Positions 35,001-50,000 of a DNA stretch of 64,000 nt are shown here, piece after piece. The notes beneath the pieces are model-generated. The model ran no database searches, had not been told where the DNA came from, and saw nothing but the letters and a program-made list of their open reading frames with translations. Source of the stretch: Podarcis erhardii. Lineage: Eukaryota. The stretch lies in assembly GCA_964252035.1 (NCBI GenBank), contig OZ176204.1, one strand, 5' to 3'. Position 1 is the stretch's first letter; each line of letters begins with the position of its first letter. Made by a program: the position numbers and the translations under genes.

Positions 35001-38000
35001 TGACATACACTAAGAACCACTCTAAATAGAACACTTGTCACAACCTAAACTGTTCTTGGCCTGCACTGCTTCAGACTGTGGTGGAGGAGCAGGGGACCTA
35101 ACATAGTCATGTTCATTAATTTCAATGGGTACACTGTTGAGTGAAATTTTGGTTGAATACCATCCAGAGAAATCTAGCATGTTAGGGAGAACACCCTTCT
35201 CTCCCACACCTAGCTATCTGTTTGCAGGAATTTATTTATGTATTGGGAACACTGAGCCATACAATTCATCCAACTGAGCAGCTATGCAATGTGAATTTGA
35301 GCCCATGCAGTGTATTTTATAACGCATAGTGAAAACAAAAATGGGACATTTACCATTCCATATGCCTGCTGCTGAATCCAGTGGAAGTAATCACTTCTTA
35401 TGTCTATCAAATCCTGTAGTTCATGTATGTAGAATTTATCATATTGTATGATTTGCCCACCTCTTTCATTTACCTGCATTTTAAAGAGAATGCAGTTTGT
35501 CACTGAGAATATTTTACATTTCACTCTATTCTATTAAAACTATTTCTTCAGATTTGTATATGAAATGCTATTTGCAATATTTTGGCTGGCCTAATAAAGG
35601 TATTGCCATACTATGGAGTCTGGAAGTTGCTGTCTATGTTAGCCAGCCTTCTTCACAAAGAGGAATAATTTGTCTGAACTCTTAAACTATTTTCATTTAT
35701 AAATATATGTCCTTTCCCAAAGCATAACAAGACTGGAATATGTTAGTCACACAATGATTTAGTTATAAACTATAGGGAACAGCCATTTTCTGTGTGCACC
35801 GCTTTCAGCCACAGAATGGGGAGGGGCTGGAACAGGCTGATGTTTTAAGGACATTTTTGATATGATGCTTTCTCCCTCCCACTTTAGGGGTAGGTATTTG
35901 TTTGCTGAATATGACTGAGGTTATTTATAACTGAATAGCAGCAAGAGAAAATGTGTTTTAAATTGTTTATTTATAGAATGATACAGTTTATATATATTAA
36001 GTTGTAAACATTAAGAGGTTAGTGTAAAAACAACCATGCATTTTATTCCAAGATGCACTCCAAAAACCAACTTGATAATAAAAGTACTTGCTACTACCAG
36101 GCAGCCTGTGAGTAAGACTATTTGAAAAGTGGGGTTCCACATGTTTCTTGTCAGCTATTTTGATATGCAGTGTCAGATCTTAAGACATTGAACCAGAATG
36201 TATGCATGTATGCATAGAACTGCAGCCTTAGTGATTTCTCTTTTGTGGTTCTGCCTTTGCTAAAGCAAGGTATGTTGTTCACAAAATAAATTTTGACTCC
36301 ATTTGTAATATTGGCATGAACTTTCAACTTCTGTGGTTTGGGTGAGTCTATATACTGAGAGCCGTATACTTTGATCTCAGTTCTGATGTTACATTAAATC
36401 AAAGTATGGTCTTGCATGTCTCTTCATGAGAACATGAGGAAATACTCCATCCAATGATCATACGGATTCCAAACAAATCCCAATGGTCCACACAGCCACA
36501 ACTTACTGTGAAAGTTCAGACTTCTAAACTCTAGACTTCTAGACTCAGTGAAAATCAATTGCATCAGTGATACAGTACATCAGCCAAAATGTATCTGGCA
36601 GCAGAAATAAGGATACAAACTGCAAAGACCTACCCTGTGCAAAATTTCCAAAACCTTGAGAGAAGAGTGCAGGCAGCTAGAGAAGATTCTTTGCTCTGAA
36701 GTTGGAATGCCCATCTTGTACAATTTAAGAAGGTGGACAACAACATCCTTGTAAAGTTCCACGATTTTAAGGAACAATGGAGGCTCCAATGCAGACCACC
36801 AGTTTTCTGTTAATAAAAGGGAAAAGCAAATCTAGCAGACAAAAACGTTGCATAACTTAACAGGACTTATATGTAACTAATACTGTCTAGATCTCAAGTT
36901 CATTAGTTGTTCAGCAATGGATAAATTAGACCATCCGTTTTTCCACTCCATATCAACATCCTTTTAATATGTAAGAATAGGAGACATAGTTTTTTGGATG
37001 TTAGAAAGGGAAGTGCAAAGTTTATTATCCCTGAGGCAGAAACCCTGCTTATTAACTATCATGAATTCAAAAAGACAGTTTAAGAAATTTCATTGGACAC
37101 TTGAGCAATTCCGGATTTAAAAAATAACTTGGCCTCAAAATTATAAATCTGTATCACAGTAGAGCATAGTTGATAATTTACTATTATTCCTTTCTTGTAT
37201 GTTTGCCTCGTACAGTCATAACTCGTGTTGCGTTCTGCTCTTGTTACGGACTTTCAGCTTACGAATGCGGCAAACCCAGAAGTATTTACTTCTGGGCTCA
37301 CCACCCACGCATGCGCAGAAGCGATCCATGCGCTTCGCACATGTGCTTGATCGCACCATGCACATGCACAGAAGAGGCATTCTAGTTGCAGACTTTTCAG
37401 GGTGTTAATGGCATCCTGAAACGGATTAAGTCTGCAACTAGAGGTACCACTGTACCTGCTAATGGAAAGAGGAAATCCATTACGTATTTTTCACTCCAAC
37501 AAACACCATCAGTAAGCCAAAAACAAACCTTAGGACTGACATAAACCACAATTTATAGTTTGCATTTAATGGCATGCCAGAAATTACTGTTTGTTTCCAC
37601 CCAGCGTGAATGTGGAGGAATAAGTGACCAGAGGCAGTGTGTTCATGGCAAACAATTAATAATGGTTTACAGTGGTATGCAAACAAAGCAACACTTGCTC
37701 ATAGAGCTACACAAGGATATCTATATGCAACAGCACTTCCCTTTAGTAGTGCAATGAACAGAAGGTGAAAACTTATAGCAAGAACAGTTTGAGAGATTAT
37801 ATATGCCCACAGTTAGTTTTGCAAGCTGCCACACCCTTGCAGCAGATTAAGACATACAAATTAAACAAAAGAAACCTTACCAAGTACTTTCAGTGGAGCC
37901 TTTTCTAGATTCACAATAGCAGTTGCAAATGGGATAGCTAGTGTCATGTAATTGTTTGCGTCACTCATTAGTGGGCATTCTGGCAGGGTTAGAAACAGTC

Positions 38001-41000
38001 TTAGGGCTTCAACATCAGGCAAGGAACTAGTCAGTTTAGGAATAAGGTTCTTTTCCAAACTAGCTGCAACCTGGGAATGTGGTACAAAATAGATTCTGGT
38101 TTTAAACTAAAAGCATTTTCTATTATAATAACTCATTTTACACCTTTTTTTAATGAATTTGAACAAAAACTTGTTTTTAAAAACAAAAAAACCCCAGAGT
38201 TCCTTAATCACAATAAATGTTTTTTATAACAGCTATTTTACAAGAATGATGAAAGTTACCTTTCATATCTGTTCTGGAGTACAACACAAATTACAACATG
38301 AAAAGTGGGGCCCTGAAACAGTTTCATACTGTGGTTTCTGTTCAGGGGTTGGAGCCATTCTAGTCAGACATAAAACTAAGCCATAGTTTGCTATCACCAT
38401 GGTTTGCTGAAGAAACCAGGACCCCAACCACAGATGGTCAAAGAAACTGTGGCTTGTTTTGCCTGGTGATTTCCCCCTGCCCCCTAAATGCTCTTGTGAA
38501 TAGATGGTTCCTGACCAGAAGGCCTTTGTGACAATCAACTTACCACTTCTTTTGCCACTGGCCAACTGCAGACAGGAAACGAACATTCTGCTCAAGATCC
38601 TTTAATGGCTCCAAAAGCCCCTGAGTAAAGTAATAGTCCTAAAGGTACTATCAACCAACCCTTTCCTTGCAATCCTCCTGAGCAAAAGTTCTGTCTGCTC
38701 TGGCTAGTCTTTCAGTAACAACAAGTGTTTCTCAGAACTAGGAATGAACTAAGTTTAACAGGAAGTGAATGGGTGACAGGGGAAGCTTTTAGATCAAAAT
38801 CTGCAACTGCATTTGTTGAACTGTTAGTATAGTCCTTCCTAAGAACAAAGGTGAGCTTTTAAACATATATCTCTCATTAGATATTAGGGGGACATGCCCG
38901 TGGTCTCTTACTACTTTTCTTTCTCATAGGGCTCATCAGCAATGAGGCATGCAGGGTAATGAGCCTGTTACTGGGCACAGTAGTGAAGGATGGAGAGATC
39001 TGTTAAAAGTATCAGTGATAACCTCTTAGTTGCATGAACAATTTCATTTTCCAGCTGTTTTTCCCTTACACCTCTGTAGCCAGGCAAGGGCTTCTGAGCG
39101 ATGTGACAAACTAAGCTCAAACCTAAGGATTTGAAGTTCAGAGGTAACTAAAAGCAGAAATTCACATGCCAACTTCAAAACATAGTTTGAGATCATGATT
39201 TGTTGGGCACAAACCAACCATAAATGGTTGGCCAGGATGCTCACGGGCATAGCCAGAGCTCACCTGAACAACCCATGGCTTAGTGTTATGCCCAAATCCA
39301 GCCACTGAAACACTAATTGAAGTACATTTAAAAAATCTCAAAATGCTGACAACTCTGTGGAGCTACTACAATTTACATTTTTAAAAAAGTATTGAATATT
39401 TCAACAAAGCATCAAGCATTGCATTGCAAACCTAAATTTACCAGTTCTGTGCAAAAAGAACCACCAATTGTTTAACACAGTGTAATACCTGGGATTTGAA
39501 ACTAGGTGCAATAAGGATTTCAGGACAAACCTGCTGAGATATATGAGGATGTTCCGGCTGTATAAGTTTGTGAAACAGAAGTCGAGCAGTATTCATGTCA
39601 ATCCCTGAGTATCTGGCACTAGTTCTGTAGTGATCATCATGGCTATGAAAACAAAAAGCAGTAAGTAAATTCTGCTTTCCACTACTTATTCTCTATACTT
39701 TTAAATGAATATGGAATTCTTAATTATTTCCAAACTTTCATTAAATCTTGTGGCTTGGACATTTAAAATATTGTGTATCACCCACTGACCTGATAGCTAA
39801 AAAACTTCCATTTAGACAGCCAGCTGAGGAAAATGTTCCGTCGATTTCACTATTAAAAACAAGAATAAGAAAAAATATATACACAAAGTTAAATGTTCTA
39901 CAATGTTCTAACAGTCTGTAATAATCACTGTTGACATTCTAGTCAATGGCAGTTGTTTCACCACACAAAGTCCTGGAATTGCCACTGGCAGAGTATCTGT
40001 CAGAAGACGGAGATGAGCAATACTGTATTCCGTTGCTATACTCAGTTTCTTTTTCACAAAGAGAGCTCACTATGTTCTATCAGCCATAAGGGCCTTTAAC
40101 ACAAAATCTGTTTCCCAACTCCTTTATGCTTCAAATGTCTGGTACAATGGTCTATTTTCTAAGTTAGATGGGTTCCAAACTAAGTTCCTTTGGCTCCTAC
40201 TTCAGGTTCCAAATTGTGTCCCTAATTCAATTCTATTGTTGGAAACAGGTAAATGTCCACTCTCCACTAAAGTGTGGTGGGCTGCCTTGAAATACTGGTA
40301 TTTGGCCTGGGGAAGGGATTACTTTTACATCTAACCAAAAAAGTCTGTCAGTTCATGGTTGAAAACTATGATCCGAAAAGCCTCATCCTTCTCTCCTTTC
40401 ATACAACACGATCCGAAAAGCCTCATCAACTGGTCTTTCGCCATCCTTTTTACATCATTTGGGCTATGACATTGCCCTTAAATCCCTGAGGCAAAGGTTA
40501 TGGGATATTTTATACAGCGATCTGCATTCCATATCTTATGTAACCTGTGGACCGTTTGCAACTGGAATCCACTATGGCCATGATTTTCAGTTACCATCGT
40601 ATTTCATGAATCTGTCTGAACCTAACTATTGCCAATTATTCACCAAAGCGAGACTAAATGTAATCCCTTCAGAAGTACTAAACGGCAGACTGTCTGGTAT
40701 ACCCTATCAGAACAGGCTCTCTTTATGCTCTCATGGTGTTGACTCTATGAAACATATCCCACTACACTGTGAGCAATTCAAACAAGCCAGGGATCATTTA
40801 ATTAAACCCCTTTTGGTAAACTGGAAAATCCAAAACCTTGTATCTTAAGTACCTCCTTGGAGATATGTCAAACGATACTATCCTGGCCATGGCTAAGTTC
40901 CTCTTGGAAAGAATAAGAAACAGAAACCTACATGCTCTGGATAAAACATAGCAACCGCCTTGGAATCCTTTCCATGTATTTCTGTTTTATTTTGCTTTTG

Positions 41001-44000
41001 AAAATGTTTTTTTGAGTCTCTGGATCGAAATAAAGAATTTATGTATATTAATAGGTGAAATGGAGCATGTAAGCCAATGTTTACAGAAAAGCATCAATTC
41101 ACAAGACATATTTCTATTTATTATTAGAGTCACACCTATCAATTCATTATAGAGCTATGATATGCTTGAGAGATACTGGAATCATGACCACTAGAAGACA
41201 GTACAGGAGTAGAATTAAGGGGACACCTTTTCACTTCTTACACGTTTATTTAAAAAATTCCAATTTCATTTAAAAAATAGTTCAGTTCTGCAAAGGGCAG
41301 ATCAACCAATAAAGGTAGCAATACATACAGATAGCCATACTGAAAGGAAACATCCTATGTTACTAGAAAACATAGCTTAACATACACTACACTTGAAAGG
41401 ACTAAAAGGAGAGAAACTTTCTACAAAGCCCAACCATATTTCTTAGTGAATTTAATGGACATTGTCATGTGCGTTTCCTTCCCTCTCCCATTCCTACTGT
41501 AATCCTTTCCTTTAAGCAGAGCTCTTCCTATGTTAACTAAGCTGAGCGTCCATGAGGTAAGAGTAATACATTCAAATGCAGGAGCCAAGTGGATGGTTCT
41601 GTAAAGTTAAGCACACAACACCACTATCTGCAAGATATGCCCAAAAGTGTAACAACCACCATTCTTACTTTGCTATCTCTGCAGGGAGCCTCCCTGATCC
41701 AGAAGATGAGCAGTGCAGCAACCTCTGAATGAAGCCTTCATTCACAGTCCAGATTTGCTTTGAAGCACATGGGTATCTGAAGTCATCTGGAGGTTCCAAA
41801 TCCTAAATTTTGAGTGGCAAATTATACATAGAAATATTCCCCCCTATTAACTAGGGCTAATTTCCAGAAATCCCTATATTTAGAGTTGCTACACCATACA
41901 ACTTTGTTTCATGTTTACTCTTGAGCAGTGCACACATTTTGCTTCTGAACTTGTTGCATATAAGCATTATGCACACAAGCTTGTTGGTTTCTATATTATC
42001 TGAGAAGATTTATATAAAAGGCTTTTAAAGAAATTGTTTTAAAATTTCCCTCTTTTTTCAGGAGTGCTAATTGGAGCTCAGCATACATAATGGCCCCAAT
42101 CCAGCTGTAGACATGCTTTCCTGCATGCAACTATCATCCCCAGATTAATTCATTAAGTTCAATACACTCACATCAGTGCTTCACAGATTTCCCTTGCTGC
42201 AGTAGGGCATTTCAGGGCAAGGTATCCTCCACCTAAATTAAAGGCTGAGTTTTTAACAATATGATATAACAGGGATGAGGAACACGTGGTCCTTTAGGTC
42301 CAGCTCCCCCCAGCCCCCACCATCATAGCCAATGGTCAGGGATGATGGGAGTTAAAGTCCCACAACACTCAGAAGGGTAAAAGGTTTCCCATCCTCATAG
42401 GTGGAGAGCCAGGATGTACATAACAAGCTGACATCACCATAATGAAATAAAAAAAATCCTTCCAGTAGCACCTTAAAGACCAACTGAGTTAGTTCCAGGT
42501 ATGAGCTTTCGTGTGCATGCACACTTCTTCAGATACACACTGTGTATCTGAAGAAGTGTGCATGCACACAAAAGCTCATACCTGGAACTAACTCAGTTGG
42601 TCTTTAAGGTGCTACTGGAAGGATTTTTTTTATTTTGTTTTGACCATGGCAGACCAACACGGCTACCTATCTGTAACATCACCATAATGGACATTCATAT
42701 CCTGTGTGTGATATAGAAGGCATTTTTATTTTATTTGCTTGAAAAAATTATATTCTGCACTTCATCCAGGGTGATGAATAAAACAAAAAATATACTGTGA
42801 TGAAACAAAGCAGATAAAAATACATCAAATTTAAAACGGTTATAAAATTATGTTTAAAGAATGCAGACAGTTCCAATAAAACTTTGTATTTCTATGAATT
42901 CATACTTCCAGTTTACAGCTTTCCCTAACTTAAAATAAGGATTGTCTCAGTCACTAAACTCTAAATATTATGTATGCACACCAATCCTCAAAAGGAAAGA
43001 TTGCTTTGTTTAGGAACTGTGAGTTTTGCTTTATCAGCTAACAAAATGAAGCTTAATTTTCTCTAAACAATTTACAAATAACAAATTTCAGATACTTTAA
43101 CACCAAATCCTAAAGCATATTGACCACTTAAGATATGGAAAAAAAGTTTTATCTTAAGGTACAATAATACACAACTGAAGCTACACTAGTTGCACTATAT
43201 TTTAAAGAATACTCTAGTGAAGCAAATGGAAAGCAACACGAATACAAAGTCAAAGTTCCAGGTATCAGATTCAGCTCTAAGCACTTTACTGAGTAAACAC
43301 AGAAGCCAGCTTATGGATTTTAAAAATGAGATGAACTACCTGTAGAGTAACGTAATGTGAAAAGCTTTGGTCTCCACCAGAGAAAATCCTATGTACATAA
43401 TAATATTCTTCACGATCTATAATTAAAATAGCATGATGTTAACATCAAGAGGATAGCTTGAAAAGAATTTGTCTTTTATTTAGGTAGGAATGAAATTGAG
43501 GGATGCCACTTTTGCAAGAACATCAGGTAACTTTTGCCAATAGCAGGTCTGCATATTAGCATTTTACACCACACACAGCAACCTTCCTTTTCGAATCACA
43601 TTCACAGTTATTGCTCTGCACTCTCATAGATCAACAAGTTCATTCAGAGAAAAACTAGAGTTGACTTGTATGGAAAATGGTGCATTTGGGGGGGGGTGTA
43701 AGAATTTTTATTCATTTTCATATTGTTTACCATGGTTGCATTGAGATATATCTTTGTTTACATTAGAGCATAACATGCTGTGATTATATATAATTAAAGT
43801 TAAAAGTAAAACAACACAACAATAAACAGATACACATTTCTGAATATATTAACAAAGTTGTGTCAGTGTATATACCAAAATTATTAGTTATTATGTGTAT
43901 TGCTTAGATCAGTGATCAAAAGTCAAAGGTATTTTGTATCAACAACTATCAGAATATATAGGAATTTATGGGGGGGGTTAATAAAACTTGTACTTCACGC

Positions 44001-47000
44001 ACACCAGACTGTGCTGTAAACTATGGGTGCTGTTCTACATTATGTCTCATTATTTCTGTAATCAATAAAGTCACACCAGACTGCAAAAATCTGTTGTGTT
44101 TATTTTGGCCTCTTGCTACTTTTAATTTTGCTCTCGGTTTTTCCAATAATGCCGACTGCCAAACTGCATTATACCATTGGTTCATAGTTAATAACTGTAA
44201 CGGTTTCCATGTCCTGGCAATAGTTGTTCTTGCAGCCATTACTATGATATGTTAGGGGTCCTTGTTTCCAATTTGCAACAAATTGGTGCAGCATTTATTG
44301 CTTTTGCAGTAAACACAAAAATCTCATGAGGCATACATGCAATACTAACAAATCCAGTCCCTTACCAATTATCACAATATAACTATTCTTAAAATAATTC
44401 CCCCCTAACACTCCAAAAATATATATACAACTAAAGAAAGCATTATTACCTGAATTTAGTGGGATGTCTCCATTATAAGGAAGCCAGTTTCCTTTCACAG
44501 GGAAGGGACTTTTCCTGTTACTGGTTGATCCCATGCCCAACTGTCCATTGCCTCCAAGACCAAAAGAATAAATTCTTCCAGTTGAAGGGACAAATGCAGA
44601 TGTGTGCTGCCTAGTGCAAAGAAAGAATAGAAATTCAAAAAGTAAGAAACTGAGAATGCTGTAGTATATTACATATGCTATATGTGACTTATCTATCCCC
44701 AGTAACTTAAGAGAAGACAGTTGCAATGTTCTGTTCAGGGTATTAAGAGGAAGCGGCCTCTAAAACTCATGGAACTTGTAATGCATTGAGATGGAAGGCT
44801 ACTGTGCCTATAGAACAGCCTTCATGCCAATCCAATTAAGTAATTCACTGGGCTGCCTAATGTGTTGGCTAACTTACAGCAGTCTTTTCTTTGTAATGGC
44901 ACATAATTGGGGTGCCCAACAAGATTTTGAGAAGTCCACAGCAGCTAGAATTAAACTTGCTTCTTACACTTTTCAAGTTGCTAAACACCCCATAAAAGTA
45001 TTCCATTCTGTGGTCTTACCTTCCACAAGCAATCTGTGTGACAATGCTCCCCATAAGTTCAAAAACTTTTCTTGGGTTTATCTCATGGCCAGTAGAGTTA
45101 TGACCTAATTGCCCATAGCCTCCAGCTCCAAAAGTAAACACCCCACCTTCCTAAAAAACATTTGAAGTTAGAATGCAATGTGTAGATGACTCCAATACTT
45201 TTTATGTACAAAAATAATATTTACAACTGTGGAGAAGCACTAGATATTTGCCCTACACATATAACAAATAAATTGCCTTTACAAACATGCTTATCTTCAC
45301 AGATAGATAGTTTAGTCTCTGCACAACATCCTCACTGTGTAAGAGTATAAACAATAAAATAAATCCACAGTCCTGTACACCAAAAATAAATCACATAAAC
45401 TTTTTTTAAAAAAAACCACACCCCAATGATTTTTAATTTCAAGTAACAAAAAATACCCATGCAAAAAAATCATGTAATCTTTAGCTGAGTTCCAATTTAA
45501 AAACACATGGTTGATTAAAAAAAATCCTAAGTTAGTGGTAATATCAGACTGATAAACAAGACAATGTAAAATGCTATTAGTGGACATTGCACCCTGCCCA
45601 ATACAGTAGGACTACTATTTTCGCTTTCATATTTATTTGTTTCAAGAATGACTTCAACTGCATAGCAAGAATTGCTCAAGAGAACAGAAAGTGCATTTCT
45701 CCACATTACCTGACACAAGAGTTCAATTTTGAATTTTAAATCCCACAGGTTTTTAAATATAAGCTTTACATTATGTACTGAGAAAGCAAACAGTATTTGT
45801 TTACAAAAAAACCTAAACTATTCTTCTGTTTGCAGATACTGTAAATGTCATATTCCAATTCTGAATGTAATGACAGCTGTGTAAATAAACCAAAGTATGT
45901 TGCATTAAATCAACACACACACAAGACTATAAACTGTACTTCAGCACTAGCAAGAGAGATGGCATCCATCAGCAGAGCAGCCGCCCACATGGTTATTAGA
46001 GCTAGGCTGAATGCAGTGGAATATTTCTAAACATGAACTTGTAAAGCTCTGAAGGAAAATAAGCACAAATTCTCCTTTCTTTCTCCCCTCCTCTGCAAGT
46101 CAGCAGCAAGTGACACATTACATTTCAGCAGCTCTCCCCCCGCCCCCCAAGCTTATATAAATGCTGGTGTGAGCAGGCCAATGCAACATGTGATCTTGGC
46201 AGGTTCACTGACGTTGCCCAAGCTAGTGGCTCAGTACAACTGTAATGTGTGAATCTTCCCTCAGATGAAGGGGCTGGTGCGGGAGGAGTTCACACCCAAT
46301 ATTGGGCAACCATTCTCTCTTGACAACAGTGCAGGGTTACAAAAAAGCAGACCAACTGGTGACATGAACATGTTTTCTCTCCTACAGACTGCTGAATCCC
46401 TCACTACTGAAGCAGTCAGCCTGCATGTGAAAAGCTATCAAACCTACTAATTAGTTAAGAGTGTGAAATACAGTATTTCTACTACAGTACCTTTGTAAGA
46501 GCCGCAGTATGATCTTCTCCACAGGAGATGTAAACAATTTTCTGGGATCTTAGTGACTTTAGAAGATTGGGAACATATCTATCTGAAAATTGTAATAAAT
46601 CAGGAAGTGTAATATACACTTTGCAACTACATAAAAAATATAAACTACTGATTTAGTTTATAAACTATTATTGTTTTATATAACAAATAGCTTTGTTGCA
46701 CTTTGAAGTTTATAATTCCACAGTATGTGTTGTTCAGAGAAGCACTACAGCGCAACAAATAGCAAAGTGCCTGGAAGTTATGTAGTATTTTATTCACTAT
46801 TTTGAAAGTGCCGTTATTTCCTACAATTAAAGCATGCAAAGAATTTCAAAGTTATTGTAGTACTGCACTGCAATGATATCCACAGTTCCTTTCAGCAACT
46901 TTCAGTTCAGTGGATTTCTCATCCACTAACACAGACACTCTGAGCTTCAATTCAGCAGAGGAGCATAATTTGGTTTTATAAAAATAAGCACACATTATCT

Positions 47001-50000
47001 GATCATAACTAAAATGGAAAGTAATATAGTTCATAGTTTTAAATTTTGTGTACTTACCATTTTCATCATTAAGACCAAGTTGGCCAAATTTGTTGCGTCC
47101 CCACCCAAAAACTGCTCCAGAAAGAGTAAGCACAAAGCTATGTGCTCCGCCTGCTGTAATTTGCGCAAAAGGTATCCCTTGCAAAGATTTTATCCGTTGT
47201 GGGGAAGTCTGCTTTTTGAATTCATAACCTAAACCTAGTTGACCATGTTTGTTCTGTCCCCAGGAAAAAACTTCACTACCTGTTGAAGGAAAGAAAAAAC
47301 ACACATTTAAGATGAAGAATAACTGTAGGAATTTACGTCACTCTAAGAATTAAAATTACTCCATTATCATACACAACAAAATTCAAATGGTGGCAATAAT
47401 TTTTCAGCCAAGAGAAAGGGGTACTTTTGAAATTAAATGCAAAAGAAGTAGGGTAGGCAACAAGTCCGTGGGTTACCACACACACATTTCCAAATAAAGC
47501 CCAATTCTCAGTATATTAATAGTTCCAGGTATTGCATGGAATCTCTGTACATTTTAGAATTTGGAGATTGATGGCAAAGATAAATGCTCATAATACACAC
47601 ATTTCCTTTCCTTAGCATGAGCAAAACTGAAAACCTGTTTACTCTTTCTGCCCTCTCAAAGCTATCAAACACTGGCTATTTTACGATGTGAAATGTTTAG
47701 TGTGTTTTTTTCTATTGTCATTGTAACAGTATTTTAAATTTATACAGAAAAACAAGCAGACAGTCCAGAGATTGATTACCTTTGGAGAGTGCAAGGGAAT
47801 GATAGTAGCCGCAGGCAACCTGCACTATTTGGACGTCTGACAAGCTTTTTATGTTTCTGTAGGAATAACAAGACATAATTAAATGAGCAGCCTTTGCACA
47901 AAATGCTATAAAAACACAAAGCTTTATTTCCTTACAGAAAATGCATCTTAATCATTTCAGATATTATGTGGCATCATGGCCATATGCAACATTACAGTTC
48001 AGTGTGATGTAAATGAGCTGCAGAAGTGTTGGACTCACATGCTACCCACTCCTGCCTGCATAGCTCAGGAGTCATTTGGAAGCTTCCACTCTCACTTTTA
48101 GTAAACTCCAGCTTGCCATATCATCTGCACCCAGAACTAGGATTAACATTATCTATGGTTAGTTTAAACAAGCCAGATTCATAAACTACTAATAGTTTAC
48201 TGTTGACTTGTTAAACTAGCCATACTAGTTTGAGCTTGAAAAATTACAAAGATGCAAAGATGAAGCAATAAGCCCTTTTTACAAAAGCAAAAGGGGCAAT
48301 TTTACTAAGATGAAAGTTTTTTTTTTTTTTAATTAAAAAACCACACCAAAAAAACCTTATGTTATCACTTAGTTTTACCTGGGCACTCTGGTATACTCCT
48401 CAGTTCCAGGCAAGCCAAGTTGTCCATCTGCAGCAAAACCCCAAGCATAGACTTGACCACTGTCATTTAATGCTAATGTGTGGGCTTCTCCACATGAAAC
48501 AGCTACAATATTTTGAGCATCCAAGGCACTCACCTGCTCTGTAATCAAGAGAAAAAGCAGCATAATGCTACATTGCTCTTGCCCAAACATTTTCATGATG
48601 GACTGCACAACTGAACTAGCAAAAATGTGTTCCTACAAACATGTCAGATCTCCTTTACCTGAGGTCAGAGGTGCTACAAGCCACAATTCACTGGCTTGTA
48701 GGAAACCACTTCACTATTAATCTGTGCCTAATAAGGAGTGTGTGGGACGCGGGTGGCGCTGTGGGTAAAACCTCAGTGCCTAGGACTTGCCAATCGTATG
48801 GTCGGCAGTTCGAATCCCCGCTATGGGCTGAGCTCCCATCTTTCGGTCCCAGCTCCTGCCCACCCAGCAGTTCGAAAGCACCCCTAAGTGCAAGTAGATA
48901 AATAGGTACCGCTTCATAGCGGGAAGGTAAACGGCATTTCCGTGTGCTGGCTCGCCAGAGCAGCTTTGTCACACTGGCCACGTGACCCGGAAGTGTCTCC
49001 GGACAGCGCTGGCCCCCGGCCTCTTAAGTGAGATGGGCGCACAACCCCAGAGTCGGACACGACTGGCCCGTACGGGCAGGGGTACCTTTAATAAGGAGTG
49101 TAGCTTTTCTTCATCTCTTAAGAACCAAACTTATGCTACCTATATATTTTCACCCTTGGGTGAAGTAACTGCTTTGGTGGGGGAGGTAATTTTAATTACT
49201 AAAGTGACACAACCGGATGCTGTCTCTCAATGCCATGTTCCCTATCCAATTGAGGGAGCCCCAATAAAAATGGAAGATTCTATCTCCTGAATCATATGTA
49301 GTTGCACCTTAGTAGCTGTTCTAGTGAATTCTATTTTAGAACAGAGTTGAACACTACAGTGCTATCAATCAGCAGCAGCACATGAGGGTAGACACAGTGG
49401 CAACTGAGGAATAGACAGTTTTGTAGACTAAAGCATTTTCAATAAAACTATTTCTAGAGACCCCACTTCGTATTACCAAAAATTAATTCATGTTTAGTCC
49501 AATTAGTGTGTCATTGGCATAAATAGAAAAAAGTACCTCAGTGGTTCCAAGCACTGAAATCAAGCTGCTGCGCTTTAAGAATTTAAAATATAACACACTT
49601 AATGATCAACTAATGTTAATACATAATTTCTCAGACAAAAATAAAAAGTCAACAATACATTTTAAATACTGCCTCCGAATGGGCTACAGTTCTCTAGAAA
49701 TTAAAAATAATATAAAAAACAGATCTCCAACAATTTCTTAACAAAATATCTTGTTGTGTTTTCAGTTCCATATAAATAGAGGCTTTCACGCAATAGCAGT
49801 GGTACAAAAGTCAGAAGGGAAAAAAGAGCAAGTCCTTGAAGCTCTACTAATTCTAGAAACACTTCCGTAATCTAAGCAACTGCTGCTATGAGTATAACTG
49901 GCACCCACATACAGAACCTAAAGCAATACGATTACCTAACAGGCACTGTTTTAACTTACCTGGTCTTTTCCTGGATTTTTCATGTCCTAATTGTCCTAAA

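Noticed and set aside
40459-40848. 129-aa ORF as a nested host gene
   Set aside because: It is part of the decayed LINE ORF2 remnant, with frameshifts upstream.
43960-44260. 72-95 aa ORFs and a repeated cacaccagactg in the HERC4 intron after coding exon 7
   Set aside because: No recognisable homology and no convincing acceptor/donor pair. An alternative terminal exon cannot be excluded without RNA data.
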